From NCBI GenBank assembly GCA_030390025.1, contig CM059433.1, forward strand, positions 28,522,001 to 28,586,000: a stretch of DNA of 64,000 bases. Reading direction: 5' to 3'. Within the stretch, counting starts at the first letter, position 1. Each line of letters begins with the position of its first letter. This document shows, piece after piece, positions 12,348-24,873 of this stretch. The position numbers and the translations under genes were made by a program. The notes under the pieces are model-generated. The model saw only the letters and a list, made by a program, of their open reading frames with translations, had not been told where the DNA came from and made no database searches. The DNA is from Squalus acanthias (Eukaryota).

Positions 12348-12428
12348 AGAAGACAGAAAATGCTGGAAATACTCAGCAGGTCAGGCAGCATCCGTGGAGA
12401 GAGAAACAGAGTTCACGTCTCAGGTCGA
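12348..12428. mobile_element. Short Penelope-like repeat fragment (second family)
   Basis: acagaaaatgctggaaatactcagcaggtcaggcagcatc...; a related fragment lies at about 9330-9400. Confidence 0.45.
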
Positions 12429-13319
12429 GATTGAATTATGATCACCACCATCAAAATGCTCTCTGATACCCCTTCCACTTGCCCAAAACCAAGTCCAGAA
12501 CTGCCTCATCTCTTGTTGGGCTTGCTACGTACTGGCTAAAAAAGTTCTCCTGAATGCATTTTAAGAATTCTGTGCCCTCTATACCTTTTACACTGATTCT
12601 ATCCCAGTTAATATTAGGGTAGTTGAAATCCCCTTCTATTACTGCCCTATTGTTTTTGCACTTCACAGAAATTTGCCTACATATTTTCTCTTCTATCTCC
12701 CTCTGATTGTTTGGGGGTCTATGGTAAACTCCCAGAAATGTGATTGCCCCTTTTTGGTTCTTAAGTTCAACCCATGTGGCCTCATTTCATGATCATTCTA
12801 GCATATCATCCCTCCTCAAAGCTGTTAATTAACCAATATTGCGCCCCGCCACCGCACCCCCCCCCCCCCCCCTCCCCGCTATCTCATCTGAAAACCCTGT
12901 ATCCAGGAATGTTGAGCTGCCATTCCTGTGCTTATTTAAGCCATGTTTCAGTAGTAGCTATGATATCATACGTCCAATTGTCTATCTGTGACCTCAGCTC
13001 ATCTGCCTTATGCACTAGACTCCTTGCGTTGAAGTATATACCATTAAGCACTGCCAAACTCCTTTATCTATTTTCTAGCCTTTGTTTCCTCTGCCTTGCA
13101 AACTCACTTACTAATTCACTGCCTTCCATTTCCAGCTTTGCTTCTCTCCCTTCTGAATCTACGCTCAGGTTCTCATCCTCTTGTCAAGCTAGTTTAAACC
13201 CTTCGCAACAGCACTAGCAAACCCCCCTGCGACAATATTGGTCTGGGCCAATGCTCCCTTTTTTTTTAGGGGCTGCACGGCCCATTCAAAATAAAGCGCA
13301 TGCATGGTTTTTTCCATTT

Positions 13320-14570
13320 GGGGGTTTGTGCGGGGGGGGGGATTCTGTGGGGGCAGGGGTTTGTGTGGGGGTGGGGGGTTTGTGCGGGGGTGGGGGGTTT
13401 GTGCGGGGGAGGGGGGTTTGTGCGGGGGAGGGGGTTTGTGCGGGGAGGGGGTTTGTGNNNNNNNNNNNNNNNNNNNNNNNNNNNNNNNNNNNNNNNNNNN
13501 NNNNNNNNNNNNNNNNNNNNNNNNNNNNNNNNNNNNNNNNNNNNNNNNNNNNNNNNNNNNNNNNNNNNNNNNNNNNNNNNNNNNNNNNNNNNNNNNNNNN
13601 NNNNNNNNNNNNNNNNNNNNNNNNNNNNNNNNNNNNNNNNNNNNNNNNNNNNNNNNNGGGGAGGGGGGTTTGTGTGGGGAGGGGGGTTTGTGCAGGGAGG
13701 GGGTTTGTGTGGGGAGGGGGGTTTGTGCGGGGGAGGGGGGTTTGTGCGGGGAGGGGGTTTGTGCGGGGAGGGGGTTTGTGCGGGGAGGGGGTTTGTGCGG
13801 GGAGGGGGTTTGTGTGGGGGAGGGGGTTTGTGCGGGGTGGGGGTTTGTGCGGGGGTGGGGGGTTTGTGTGGGGAGGGGGGTTTGTGCAGGGAGGGGGTTT
13901 GTGTGGGGAGGGGGGTTTGTGCGGGGGAGGGGGGTTTGTGCGGGGAGGGGGTTTGTGCGGGGAGGGGGTTTGTGTGGGGGAGGGGGTTTGTGCGGGGAGG
14001 GGGTTTGTGCGGGGAGGGGGTTTGTGTGGGGGAGGGGGTTTGTGCGGGGAGGGGGGTTTGTGCGGGTGAGGGGGTTTGTGCGGGGGAGGGGGGTTTGTGC
14101 GGGGGAGGGGGGTTTGTGTGGGGGAGGGGGTTTGTGCGGGGAGGGGGTTTGTGTGGGGAGGGGGGTTTGTGCGGGGAGGGGGGTTTGTGTGGGGGAGGGG
14201 GTTTGTGCGGGGAGGGGGTTTGTGCGGGGAGGGGGTTTGTGCGGGGAGGGGGTTTGTGCGGGGAGGGGGTTTGTGCGGGGAGGGGGTTTGTGCGGGGGAG
14301 GGGGTTTGTGCGGGGAGTGGGTTTGTGCGGGGGAGGGGGTTTGTGCGGGGAGTGGGTTTGTGCGGGGAGGGGGTTTGTGTGGGGAGGGGGTTTGTGTGGG
14401 GAGGGGGTTTGTGTGGGGAGGGGGTTTGTGCGGGGAGTGGGTTTGTGCGGGGAGGGGGTTTGTGTGGGGAGCGGTTTTGTGCGGGGAGGGGGTTTGTGTG
14501 GGGAGGGGGTTTGTGTGGGGAGGGGGTTTGTGCGGGGAGGGGGTTTGTGCGGGGGTCGGGGTTTTGCAGG
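13320..14570. repeat. G-rich 17-19-bp satellite (GGGGAGGGGGTTTGTG[C/T]), G-quadruplex-prone
   Basis: Directly visible tandem array; true length is unknown because of the internal gap. Confidence 0.95.
13458..13657. other. Assembly gap (200 N)
   Basis: Exactly 200 Ns, probably a fixed-size scaffolding gap. Confidence 0.99.
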
Positions 14571-15596
14571 TGGGTCGTGGGGTGGGTGAAGGGACCCCCA
14601 TTGTTCTTGGTGGCCAAGGCACAAAAATATATATTGTCCAAATTTTTTAATGCTGTGACAGCTTTTCTGAGCGAAGTACACAGCAAATGGTAGCCTAACA
14701 GAGGATGTCTGACGAGCACACTGCTCGTTGTATATTCTAACAAAGGTGTTAAGTTAAGAAATGCAGTTCAAGACTATTTGATCCACTATGACAGATTTGC
14801 CTGAAGAGATGCTTCAGGAGATTTATGAGTCTGCAGAATCTAAACGCAGCACGCTTGAGTTACATATCTGTTAAGACATTAATGAACCATGTTAGTAATG
14901 ATTACAACATGCCGGGGGGAGGTGGGGAGGGGCGGGGGGATCACAGTTCTAATTTCTTTGTAACCAGCTGGCTTCTTTAATAGTTAACAGCTAATCTCCT
15001 AGGGAGGTGCTATTAGTACTAAATGACAGAGTTTAGTCCTGTGAGGCGGTTAATGGATTGCTCAAATGAACCAAGTTCAAGCTGGCCTACTGCTAAAAAT
15101 ATTTTGTTGACAATTTCCCCCCCCCCCCCCCCCGCCCCCCATAAATGATTATTTATTGCCGTGGGTCTTTGATGAGGTGGGATATCGGATGTGGAGAGGC
15201 TGGAGAAGTGGGGGTTGTTCTTCTAGAGCAGCGAAGGCTAAGGGGAGCCAGCACAGGCACGATGGGCTGACTGGCCTCCTTCTGTGCTGTATGATTCTAT
15301 GATTAAGAAGCTCAGTAATTCAAACTGAGGCTCTGTCCAATCAACCAAACTAATGGACCATTTCTACCGGAATTGGTTGCACAAAATTTCAGAATCAAGC
15401 TGAGATTTTTGTAACAGATAATCAATGGCAATCTGCTGAATATGGAACTCATTTCTCTTCTGAATACTGGTGCGAGGGGGTGGAAGTGAAGGCCTCATTC
15501 ATGAGAAGAATGAGTTCGACAACGAACAGCTTGCGGTGTAATATTCCGTTTGTACCTCGGGCACATTGCTTTTGACATGAAATTATATTAAATATG

Positions 15597-15900
15597 GTTT
15601 TACGCAGCGCGTTGTGATCTGGAATGTACTGCCTGAAAGGGTGGTGGAAGCTGATTCAATAATAACTTTCAAAAGGGAATTGGATATATAGGGTGACTAG
15701 ATGGAGTTATGATACAGATCAGCCACAATCTCATTGAATGACGGAACAGGCGGGTAGATGGAGTTAAGATACAGATTGGCCACAATCTCATTAAATGACA
15801 GAATAGGCGGGTGGATGGAGTTAAGATACAGATCAGCAATGATCTAATTGAATGCGAAACAGGCTCGAGGGGCTGAATGGCTTATTCCTGTTCCTATGTT
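15597..15900 (+). mobile_element. CR1 3' fragments with a 57-bp 3'UTR segment triplicated
   Basis: ATGGAGTT recurs at 15701, 15758 and 15815; ends ...cctgttcctatgtt. Confidence 0.8.
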
Positions 15901-16714
15901 TTATTTGTAATTTTTTTTGTGAACTCTTGTTTGTGAAGATTCTGCCAATATTATAAAGGGCCCTCTGCCAGTGAGCTGTACTGAATTTCTTGGATAATTT
16001 GTTTTGCTGCCGTGCGCAGTGTGATTTGCTATTGAGAGCTGGTTATTTGTTAAGCAGACTCTTTCAGCACATCTGAGGTAATTAGTTGTGTTTTGTGCAG
16101 GGGTTACAGGCTCTGCTTTGTTAGGGAGAGTCCGTTGCTAAGGCAGAGCCTTCAGGGCGTCCGAAGTAATTGTTTATGTTTTTATAGAATAGAATCATAG
16201 AATCTTATAGCACAGAAGGGGGCCATTTGACCCATCGTGCTTCCACCATCCTTTCAGGCAGTGCATTCCAGACCATAACAACTCGCTGTGTAAAAAAAAT
16301 AATTCTCCTCATCTCCCGCCTATGGTTCTTTTGCCAATTATGCTAAATCTGTATCTCTGGTTACCGACCCTGCTGCCAGTGGAAACAGCTTCTCTCTATC
16401 TATCAGAACCCCTCAAAACCTCTCCTCAAAGGAAGATTATGCAAAATTCCTGCCCTGTTTCCCCCCTCCCCATAGTAAACAAATCAATCTTTGTTTCGTT
16501 GAATGTATCTGATCTAATTGTTTATATCTTGTGAAGGTACTGTTGGGTTACTGCCATCTTGGAGAGTTATGAGAGAGTCTCTCAATGTATCTGAGGCAAC
16601 TGTGCTATGTCCATGGTCTGCTCATTTTAATGAGAGCTGGGCATGCAGTGTTCAGTGCATCTGAAATAACTGTTCGCATTATGTGTCGATTGCTTGTTAG
16701 AAACAGCTCTGCCA

Positions 16715-17055
16715 GAAAGAAGAAAGACTCTACAGCGCCTTTCACGACCTCAGGACGTCCCAAAGTGCTTCACAGCCAAAGAAGTAATTTAGAATTGTAG
16801 TCACTGCTGTAATGTAGGAAACGCAGCAGCCCATTTGTGCACAGCAAGATCCCACAAACAGCATTGTGATAATGACCAGATAATCTGTTCTTTTTTGTCT
16901 GTTGGTTGAGGGATATATGACAGCCAGGGCACAGGGGAGTACTCCCTTGCTCTTCTTTGAAATAGTGGCATGGATTCTTTTATGTCCACTTGAAAGGGCA
17001 GATGGTGCCTCAGTTTAATGTCTCATCTAAAAGACGGCACCTTCGACAGTGCAGA
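16715..17055 (-). mobile_element. DeuSINE (SacSINE1-like), head truncated
   Basis: Core and tail match the 29947-30410 copy in reverse. Confidence 0.8.
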
Positions 17056-17349
17056 ATTGAGACCAGCTATAGCACCTCTGCTTCCCTCAAATGAGACCAG
17101 TTAACTCCGCATAGATGAAGGGTTGAATCTGGGAACTTCTTGGATCCGTAAGGTTCAGGACCACTACCAAGAGAAGTAAGCATTGGGGAACATCTGGGCA
17201 ATAGTGATCACAACTTAATAACGCTTAAGATAAAGATTGAGAAAAACACAAGTAAGACAAAAAACAAAGTAATAGATTGGAAAAAAGAGCTAATTTTGAG
17301 GGGATGAGAATGGAACTAGGGAAGGTAAAAAAGAATTGGGGGGGGGGAT

Positions 17350-18232
17350 ATTCAATACTGAGGAAGACTGCGACAAAATACAAGAAGACATTCATAAACC
17401 TGCAGAATGGGCATGTAATTGGCAAATGAATGTCAATATAAATAAGTGTGAGGTGGTACATTTTGGTAGGAAGAATAAGGAGGCCATATACTGCTTGGAT
17501 AATAGGAGTCTAAATGGGGTAGAGGAGCAAAGGGATCTAAGGTACTGATACACAAATCACTAAAAGTAATGACACAGGTTAATAAGGCCATAAAAACAGC
17601 AAATAAAGTACTGGGGTTCATTTCTGGAGGGATAGAATTGAAAAGCAGAGAGGGTATATTAAACTTGTATTGAACCTTGATTAGGCCACATGGAGTACTG
17701 TGAACAGTTCTGATCTCCATATTATGAAAAGGATATAGAGATACTGTCGAAGGTGCCACGAAGATTTACTAGGATGATACCAGAACTGAGAGGTTATACT
17801 TATCAGAAAACATTGAACAGACTGGTGTTCTTTTCTCTAGAAAAGAGAAGTCTGAGGGGTGACCTCATAGAGGTCTTTAAGATTATGAAGTGGTTTGATA
17901 GGGTGGACGTGGCGAAGATGTTTCCACTTGTGGGGGAGACCAAATCAGGGGCCATAAATTTAAGATAATCAGTAATAAATCCAATAGCGAATTCAGGTGA
18001 AACTTCTTTACCCAGAGAGTGGTGAGAATGTGGAACTCGCTACCACAAGGAGTAGTTGAGGTGAGTAGTATAGATGCATCTAAGGGGAAGCTAGATAAGC
18101 ACATGAGAGAGAAAACAACAGAAGGATATGCTGATAGGGTGAGATGAAGAGGGGTGGGAGGAGGCTCGTGTGGAGCATAAATTCCGGTACAGACCAGTTG
18201 GGCCGAATGACCTGTTTCTGTGTTGTCATGTA
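17350..18232 (+). mobile_element. CR1 LINE 3' part
   Basis: WQMNVNINKCEVVHFGRKN; RRFTRMIPEL...LRGDLIEVFKIM. Confidence 0.88.
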
Positions 18233-18603
18233 TAATAATAATGTGTGTAAGTATGATGCAGAGCAGTATTCAGTAATTTTATCCACCATATTGGTAAAGG
18301 CACCAAAAGATTACATATTCAAATCAGAGGCCCAGCACCTGTTTGATGCCTCCTTTACCAGCTCGGCTGTGTTCTCGTCTACATATGGCCGAACCGACAG
18401 ACCTTAAAGGGACCACTGCAGGCCGCCGCATAATAGTAAGGTTTTAAAAAATATCCAAAAGTGGAGCCGAGGGTTGCTGTAATATCCAAGAGTACACCCA
18501 GTGCTGAACTATAGAATGTTGTGTTACCCTCTGTGCTGTAACAATTAGCCCCTTCAATGACAACCCTTGGATATCACAGCTGAAGGTCTTGAAATGAATA
18601 AAG

Positions 18604-19003
18604 TTTTTTTTATTCATTCACGGGATGTGGGCGTCGCCGGCAAGGCCAGCATTTATTGCCCATCCCTAATTGCCCTTGAGAAGGTGGTGATCCGCCTTAT
18701 ACAACTGAGTGGCTTGCTAGGCCATTTCAGAGGGTAGTTAAGAGTCAACCACATTACTGTGGGTCTGGAGTCACATATAGGCCAGACTGGATAAGGACGG
18801 TAGATTTCCTTCCCTAAAGGACATTAGTGAACCAGATGGGGTTTTTACGACAATCCGGTAGTTTCATGGTCGCCATTACTGATACTAGCTTTCTATTCCA
18901 GATTTATTTAATTATCTGAATTTAAATTCCCCAGCTGCCGTGGTGGGATTTGAACTCATGGCTCCAGATCATTAGTCCAGGCCTTGGATTACTAGTCCAG
19001 CAC
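18604..19003 (-). mobile_element. Second tRNA-derived SINE family (tail shared with the LINE at 46786-47629)
   Basis: Head ggactagtaatcc...gagttcaaatccc (B box); tail caccaccttctcaagggcaattagggatgggcaataaatgctggcc. Confidence 0.8.
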
Positions 19004-20033
19004 CCCAAGTATTACGGATCCAATGATTAGGAGAAATAGGATTATGTACCATAATACCTGTTGTTATGGTTTGCAATGCAATGCCTAAAGGGTGGTGGAA
19101 GCAGATTCAATAGTAACTTTCTAAAGGGTATTGGGATGTATAAATTTGAAAAGGAAAAATTTGCACGGTTAATGGAAAGAGCGGGGAGGGAGCGGGACTA
19201 ATTGGATAGCTTTTCCAAAGAGCCGGCACAGGCATGATGGGCCGAATGGCCTCCTGAGTGCTGTACAATTCTATGGATACCTCATTGCAAATAAATCAAG
19301 AGTAAATGCCTGTACAAATGCTGTTATTGTTATTGCTACTTAAAACCACTTGAGTCGAAGGGTAATTTCACAGTTAGATATCGTTTTACACTCAAAACAA
19401 CATGTGCAGATTGGTTTCCTATCCTTCCCTGACTGATTCAACTCCGCAAATTAGGTCAAACCGCACAATCACTCCTGCTGTATTTTGTCAGGCACCATTT
19501 CATAGGTTGTACTCCTACTGAACGAGCTTGATTCAATTATTTGTACATCTTCCTTCATCCCGTGAATCAATTTAATTCCGGATATTTTTGGCAGATTAAT
19601 TTGGGAATAAAAAAAAAGACCCGATGTTTCCACACACTTCAGCTGCCATGGGGTTTAATCCACTTCTGTCGACCGGTAATTTGAGGCATTCGAACATGTT
19701 TAGTTTGTTATCTGTCTGGGAGAGGATCTATAGAATCCGGCAGCAGCTCTGCACCAGTTTAGTACAAAAAGATCTTGGTCAGTTATTAAATACGTGAGTG
19801 ATGCCGCTATCTTTGGTACCGAGCTGTGACCTTGGCAGGTTATTTTTTTTTTTCCATATTTTATGAAATGTTCACTGTCGCACACAGCTCAAGGGCAACA
19901 GTTCTGTGGAGATATGCCACTAACTACAAGTTGTCATTCAAGAGGCTAATCATTGCAGTACAAAGGGCAACACAACACTCTACAGTTCAGAACTGGGTGT
20001 TCCCAGTGTCAGCGAACTGTAAATAAAATCTTA

Positions 20034-20883
20034 GGCCTAGAATGGCCCTTAAGACCCTCCTCTTTGACTGTGCTTTTGCCCGCTCCAAGCGTATTCCTGT
20101 CCTTCCCTCTACTTCTCCAACACTTAGGCCTAGAAACCAGCATGAACTGGGCGTAGGGATTGATCCCTGCAGCGGAACCGGTAGGCCCAAAGCTTAGCCC
20201 CTATTGGGCCTTGGGCCTCAATTACATCTGACAGGCAAGCTATGGATGTCCCCATGCAGCTTGCCGGCGGAGACAGATAGGAGGGATGAGTGATTGGGAT
20301 GGTTGCTGGGGACCAGGAGGGGGTGGGGAGACAACAGAGACAGGGAGTGAGAGAGGCGACCGGGAGATGGGATGGGGTTCGACTGGGAGGTGGGGGCAGG
20401 TCGGTGATGGTGGTGACCAGGAGTAGGGTTGAGGTAGCAATCTAGGCGGGGGGGCGAGCAGTGGCTGGCAGGGGCCCAGGGCTTTACTATGAGGACGAGA
20501 GGAGCACTCCTGATCCTCCCGGCTCCACATTCAGGTAAGCATCTTTTAAAAACTTAACTCTTTGGTGGCAATCTGCAGCAGTCCCTTTAAGGGCGCAGGT
20601 TAGGTCGCATGTAGACCATGTTTTCCTGAACACAGCCGGCCCAGCCCCATTCAGGGCAGCCCAATTTAGTAAAGAAGGCCTCAAATGGGCTTTAGGCTCC
20701 TTATTTGCATACGTTAAGGGCCTAACTCCTGTTTCAGGTGCGGTCCTTAGACGCCTCTTTTGATGCCTTTCCTAATATGGTGGGCAGCTCACCTCCAGCT
20801 CAGAATGTGCACAGCAAATTGGAGGATGAGGCAACCATTTTACACCTGTATATTAGGCCGTGGCAGCATCGAATTTCTAGGCC
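20034..20883. mobile_element. PIF/Harbinger-type MITE
   Basis: Perfect 9-bp TIR GGCCTAGAA/TTCTAGGCC and a perfect TTA 3-bp TSD on both sides. Confidence 0.85.
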
Positions 20884-21125
20884 TTAGTATTAACTGGCAA
20901 GGTCAATTTGATAAATTTAATTTGAGCTGGCAGCTCTTTGAGTGACTTGTTAAAGAAGATAAAACATAGGAGGATGCTGAAAGTTTATTTCTCCAACCCC
21001 TCCCCTCCTGTGTTCTTCTAAAGGCACTGACTTATGCTGGAGCCCAGTCCCACAAGTACCATGCCCAAGTGGCCATATTTCAAGTGTGAGTGAGGCTTAT
21101 TGACCAAGAGGCACATTACAACTAA

Positions 21126-21553
21126 AGAAAGAAAGAACTTGCATTTATATAGCACCATTCACGACCTCAGGACGTCCCAAAGCACTTCACAACCAATAAA
21201 TTTACTTTTGAAGTGTTGTAATGTAGGAAACGCGGCAGCCAAATTGCACACTGCAAGGTCCCACAAACAAAAAATGACCAGATCATCTGTTTTAGTGATG
21301 TTGGTTGAGGGATAAATATTGGCCAGAACATTGGGGAGAACTTCCCTGCTCTTCTTCGAAATAGTGCCATGGGATCTTTTACACCCACCTGAGAGAGCAG
21401 ACATCCAAAAGACGGCACGTGCGACAGTGCAGCACTCCCTCAGTACGGCACTGGAGTGTCAGGCTGGATTTTTGTGTTCAAGTCTCTAGAGCAGGACTTG
21501 AACCCATAACCTTCTGACTCAGAGATGAGAGTGCTACCCACTGAGCCACAGCT
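21126..21553 (-). mobile_element. DeuSINE (SacSINE1-like)
   Basis: Head, core and tail all present in reverse. Confidence 0.85.
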
Positions 21554-21840
21554 AATCCTGAGCCCGGCTTTATTTGCTGCTAACCCACATGTGTTTTGCA
21601 GCATTGGCTAGTGCTCAGGATCAGAGAGGTTGGTTACAATTCCCCCCTCTCCTTGCTAGCAAATTAGGACATTTCTTCTACTAATCCCAGTTGGGATCAG
21701 AGAACACAGCACAGATCAGAGACCAAATCTGGGGCCTTCCCAATCAGTATCACTCAGTATTACATTATGTGGTGCATTTGCCAGCTTAATGGGCAGGGGA
21801 TCCTATGCTTAATCCTTAATAATAATTGCTTAGATGCGTA

Positions 21841-22311
21841 GGGGGAAAAATTGGGTGTCGCCCCTTTTAGCACCCCTCCACCGGAAATTTAGTTGTAGTG
21901 CCCCAAGCAGGAGGTGGAGCGCTACTGGAAGCACTCCACCTCAAGAGGAGTGCCGGGCTGAGCGATCGCAGCCGACACCCCGAGAAAAAAAGGGGAAGGG
22001 GGCAGTCGGCCCCCAAAAAATGGCCGTCCGACACTTGCCCCTTTTACTAGCGCCACCGCCGCTGCAAAACCCCCCTCCCGACCCTGTCAGACATATCGTC
22101 CGGCGATAGATCAGGGGGCACAAACGAAGTTTGCAGCCGGGGTGCGAGGGGGGTGCTGCGCATGGTGATGACATCATTGCCAGCGGCTCAGCGCGCGGGG
22201 CGCTACCGGCTACCGCCGCCGCTAACCTCCCACTGAATTTCGCAGGCGGCGTTAGCGGCGCTGCGCCCGGGGGCGCTAACGAGAGGCGCAAATCAACTCA
22301 ATTTTTTCCCC
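21841..22311. mobile_element. GC-rich Harbinger-type MITE (family shared with 32558-33304 and 59313-59826)
   Basis: TIRs GGGGGAAAAATTG / CAATTTTTTCCCC; repeated TAGCGCC motifs; internal homology to the other copies. Confidence 0.75.
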
Positions 22312-22919
22312 TTAATGTTCATTATTCCTGGGAAAGTGATCTAGGCTGCAGATGTAGATGTATAGATTAAGATTATTTATGGTGCAACATTCTATCCTTA
22401 TTCAGTAGAATAAATCTTCCTCCTGTGACATTTGTAAATTGAACTTTTATTGAAATCAATAAAAATGTTAATTAAAAAAGAATGGTGATTTTCTATAATT
22501 TTTCTCCCACTTGCCTTCTCAATTATGCTGTTGGAGAAATATCTCGTAGGTGTTATGGAGTAGAAGTCAGGGATAAGTCAATGGGGGGTGGGGGCACGGT
22601 GGTGAAGATTTTTCTTTGCAGAGTTTGAAAGACCCATAACTCACAAGAAGCGCGGGCACAAATAAGTTATATGTTGTAGCTTGACATAAATGAAAAAAAC
22701 TGCCTGGAACCTTCTGTCACCATGGTGAAATATTCTGCTGATGCCCTGCTCCCAGCCGAACTCTAGTGGAGACTTTTGGTGTGAGACTAAGTGGAGCGAA
22801 TGGTGGCTACTTTCAACTACAGAAATTATAGGGTTGTTTTTTGTTCTCCATAAAAAGTGACTTAATAATTCTCCACCAAATGGCTTTCAGATGACATGCT
22901 CTGTTTCCAAGCGCACTTA

Positions 22920-23310
22920 GGTGTCAGCCGTGGCTCAGTGGGTAGCACTCTCGCTCTTTGAGTCAGAAGGTTAATGTGGTTCAAGTCCCACCCCAGAGAA
23001 TTGCGTGCTGACACTCTAGCGCAGCACTGATGCGATGTTAAACTGCAGCCCTGTCAGCTTTCTCTGGTGGATGTAAAAGATCCCATGGTAATGTTTCAAT
23101 AGAAGAGCAGGGGAGTTCTTCCCAGTGTCCTATGTATCTCTCAACCAACATCACTAAAATAGATGATCTGGTCATTATCTCATTGCTGTTTGTGGGACCT
23201 TGCAATGTGCAAATTGACTACTGTGTCTCCAACAACAGTGACTACTCTTCAAAAGTACTTCATTGGCTGTAAAGGACATCCTGCGGTTATGAAAGGCACG
23301 AGTTCTTTAT
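22920..23310 (+). mobile_element. DeuSINE (SacSINE1-like), degenerate
   Basis: gtcagccgtggctcagtgggtagcactctc head, core with a deletion, and tail. Confidence 0.8.
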
Positions 23311-23502
23311 TTATCACTCCCAATGACATTTTCGATTCAGTACATCTTTTCTCCCAATTTCCTTCCCTTTTCTCTCTCTGTTTCCTGAAGGGACTGACTC
23401 ATCCTGGAGTACCATTGCTGGAATGCCAGCAAGCCAGTATGTTGACCAACAAGCTCTGCTTCATAATTGACCATAGACTGCACCGTCTACTCTAGTTACA
23501 GT

Positions 23503-23802
23503 AGCCTAGTGGTTATGGCATTTGACTAGCTAAATCCAGGGGTTGTGACTTCAAGTCCCATTGGTGGGAAATTGGGAAATTGAAAACAATCTGGTAATTT
23601 GTGGGCTGGCACCAGATGAAATAACCAGATTGTCACAAAAAGCCACTGGTTCACTAGTTGGCCTTCAGGACCTGCCTGCCACCCCTACCTGGTCTGAACC
23701 TTCATGTGACTCCAGTCCCACACGACATGGTTTTCTCTTAATGCCCTCGGGGCAACTAGAAGTGGCCAATAAATGCGGCCTCGTCACATTCCGAGAATGA
23801 AT
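23503..23802 (+). mobile_element. Second SINE family, degenerate
   Basis: Homologous to 18604-19003 (reverse). Confidence 0.65.
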
Positions 23803-24597
23803 ATATATTTTTAACAAATCAGGTATGCGCAAAATTAATTCTGTGAGCTGTAAGATGACTGTGGGATAAATATAAATATTTGCTGCACGAATCATGAAGC
23901 TATGAGGCAATTTTTTTTTAATGCTTTCCCTCTTAAAACAACAAGCAATGCTGGTGACCTGCTTTAATGCAGTACCTTAATGCAGGATTCTGCTTCGCCC
24001 AGTCTCACTGTGATGAATCATTCCACTTAAAGGGTAGATGAAGCTGTATTTTTCCTCCTTGCAGATCTCCAAGAGAAACAAGGCATCAGCATTGCCTACA
24101 AGTGGCAAAGATAGTCTTAATATAGCCTGGTCTTAACAAATGAAATTCGGTTCACTAAACCATTTTCTGACGCATATATATTTGCAACGCATATGAAGCA
24201 GATTCAATAGTAACTTGCAAAAGAGAATTGGATGTATACTTGAAAAGGACTAATTTGCAGGGCTACGGGGAAAGAGCAGGGGAGTGGGACTAATTGGAGA
24301 GCTCTTTCAAAGAGCCGGCACAGGCATGATGGGTAGAATGGCCTCCGTCTGTGCTGTAAGATTCTATGAAAGTAAAATATGAACTTTAAACATTTCAATA
24401 GTTCGCTGTGCAAATCTGATCTGTATGCTTGTTAAATCACCTGTAGTATAGTGGAAAATGTAAAAATATATTGTATGATTTCAACATTTACAAGATGCCA
24501 CGATAGTACTTTCTGAAATTAAAAAATAACTGTTTCTCAGACAGATGAATGTTCCTTGGCTGAGAGGATAGGCTGAAGACCAGCTCACAGGCCTTGA

Positions 24598-24873
24598 CCA
24601 GTGATCGTCTGCACTCTCAGGTGGACGTTAAAGATCCCATGGCACTATTCGAAGAAGAGCAGGAGAGTTCTCCCTGGTGTCCTGGCTAATATTTACCTCT
24701 CAACCAACATCAATAAAATATCTAGTCATGATCACATTGCTGTTTGCTGTGTGCAAATTGGCTGTCGCATTTCCTACATTACAACAGTGACTACTAAAGA
24801 ACTTCATTGGCTGTAAAGCGCTATGGGATGTCACAAGGTTGTGAAAGGCACTATATAAATGCAAGTTCTTTCT
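24598..24873 (+). mobile_element. DeuSINE 3' half
   Basis: ctcaggtggacgttaaagatcccatggcac...aaaggcactatataaatgcaag. Confidence 0.75.

Larger units (their letters stand above)
9767..13245 (-). mobile_element. Long degenerate CR1 LINE (APE endonuclease to RT to 3'UTR) with nested insertions
   Basis: APE motif GDFNYPNINW (12451-12666); DKSPGPDEMYP...WRTANVIPLFKKG; RT DVVYMDFSKAFDKVPH; C-terminal ORF 9824-10324. Confidence 0.9.

Noticed and set aside
13189..14743. Pro-rich extensin-like and Gly-rich ORFs
   Set aside because: These are translations of the G-rich satellite reading through 200 Ns.
14788..14874. MTDLPEEMLQEIY peptide resembling an F-box start
   Set aside because: Only 28 codons to a stop, no splice donor, and the rest of the motif is absent; probably chance.
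19703..19800. Possible + strand exon ending in GTGAGT (LLSVWERIYRIRQQLCTSLVQKDLGQLLN)
   Set aside because: The acceptor has no pyrimidine tract and the peptide is not recognisable.
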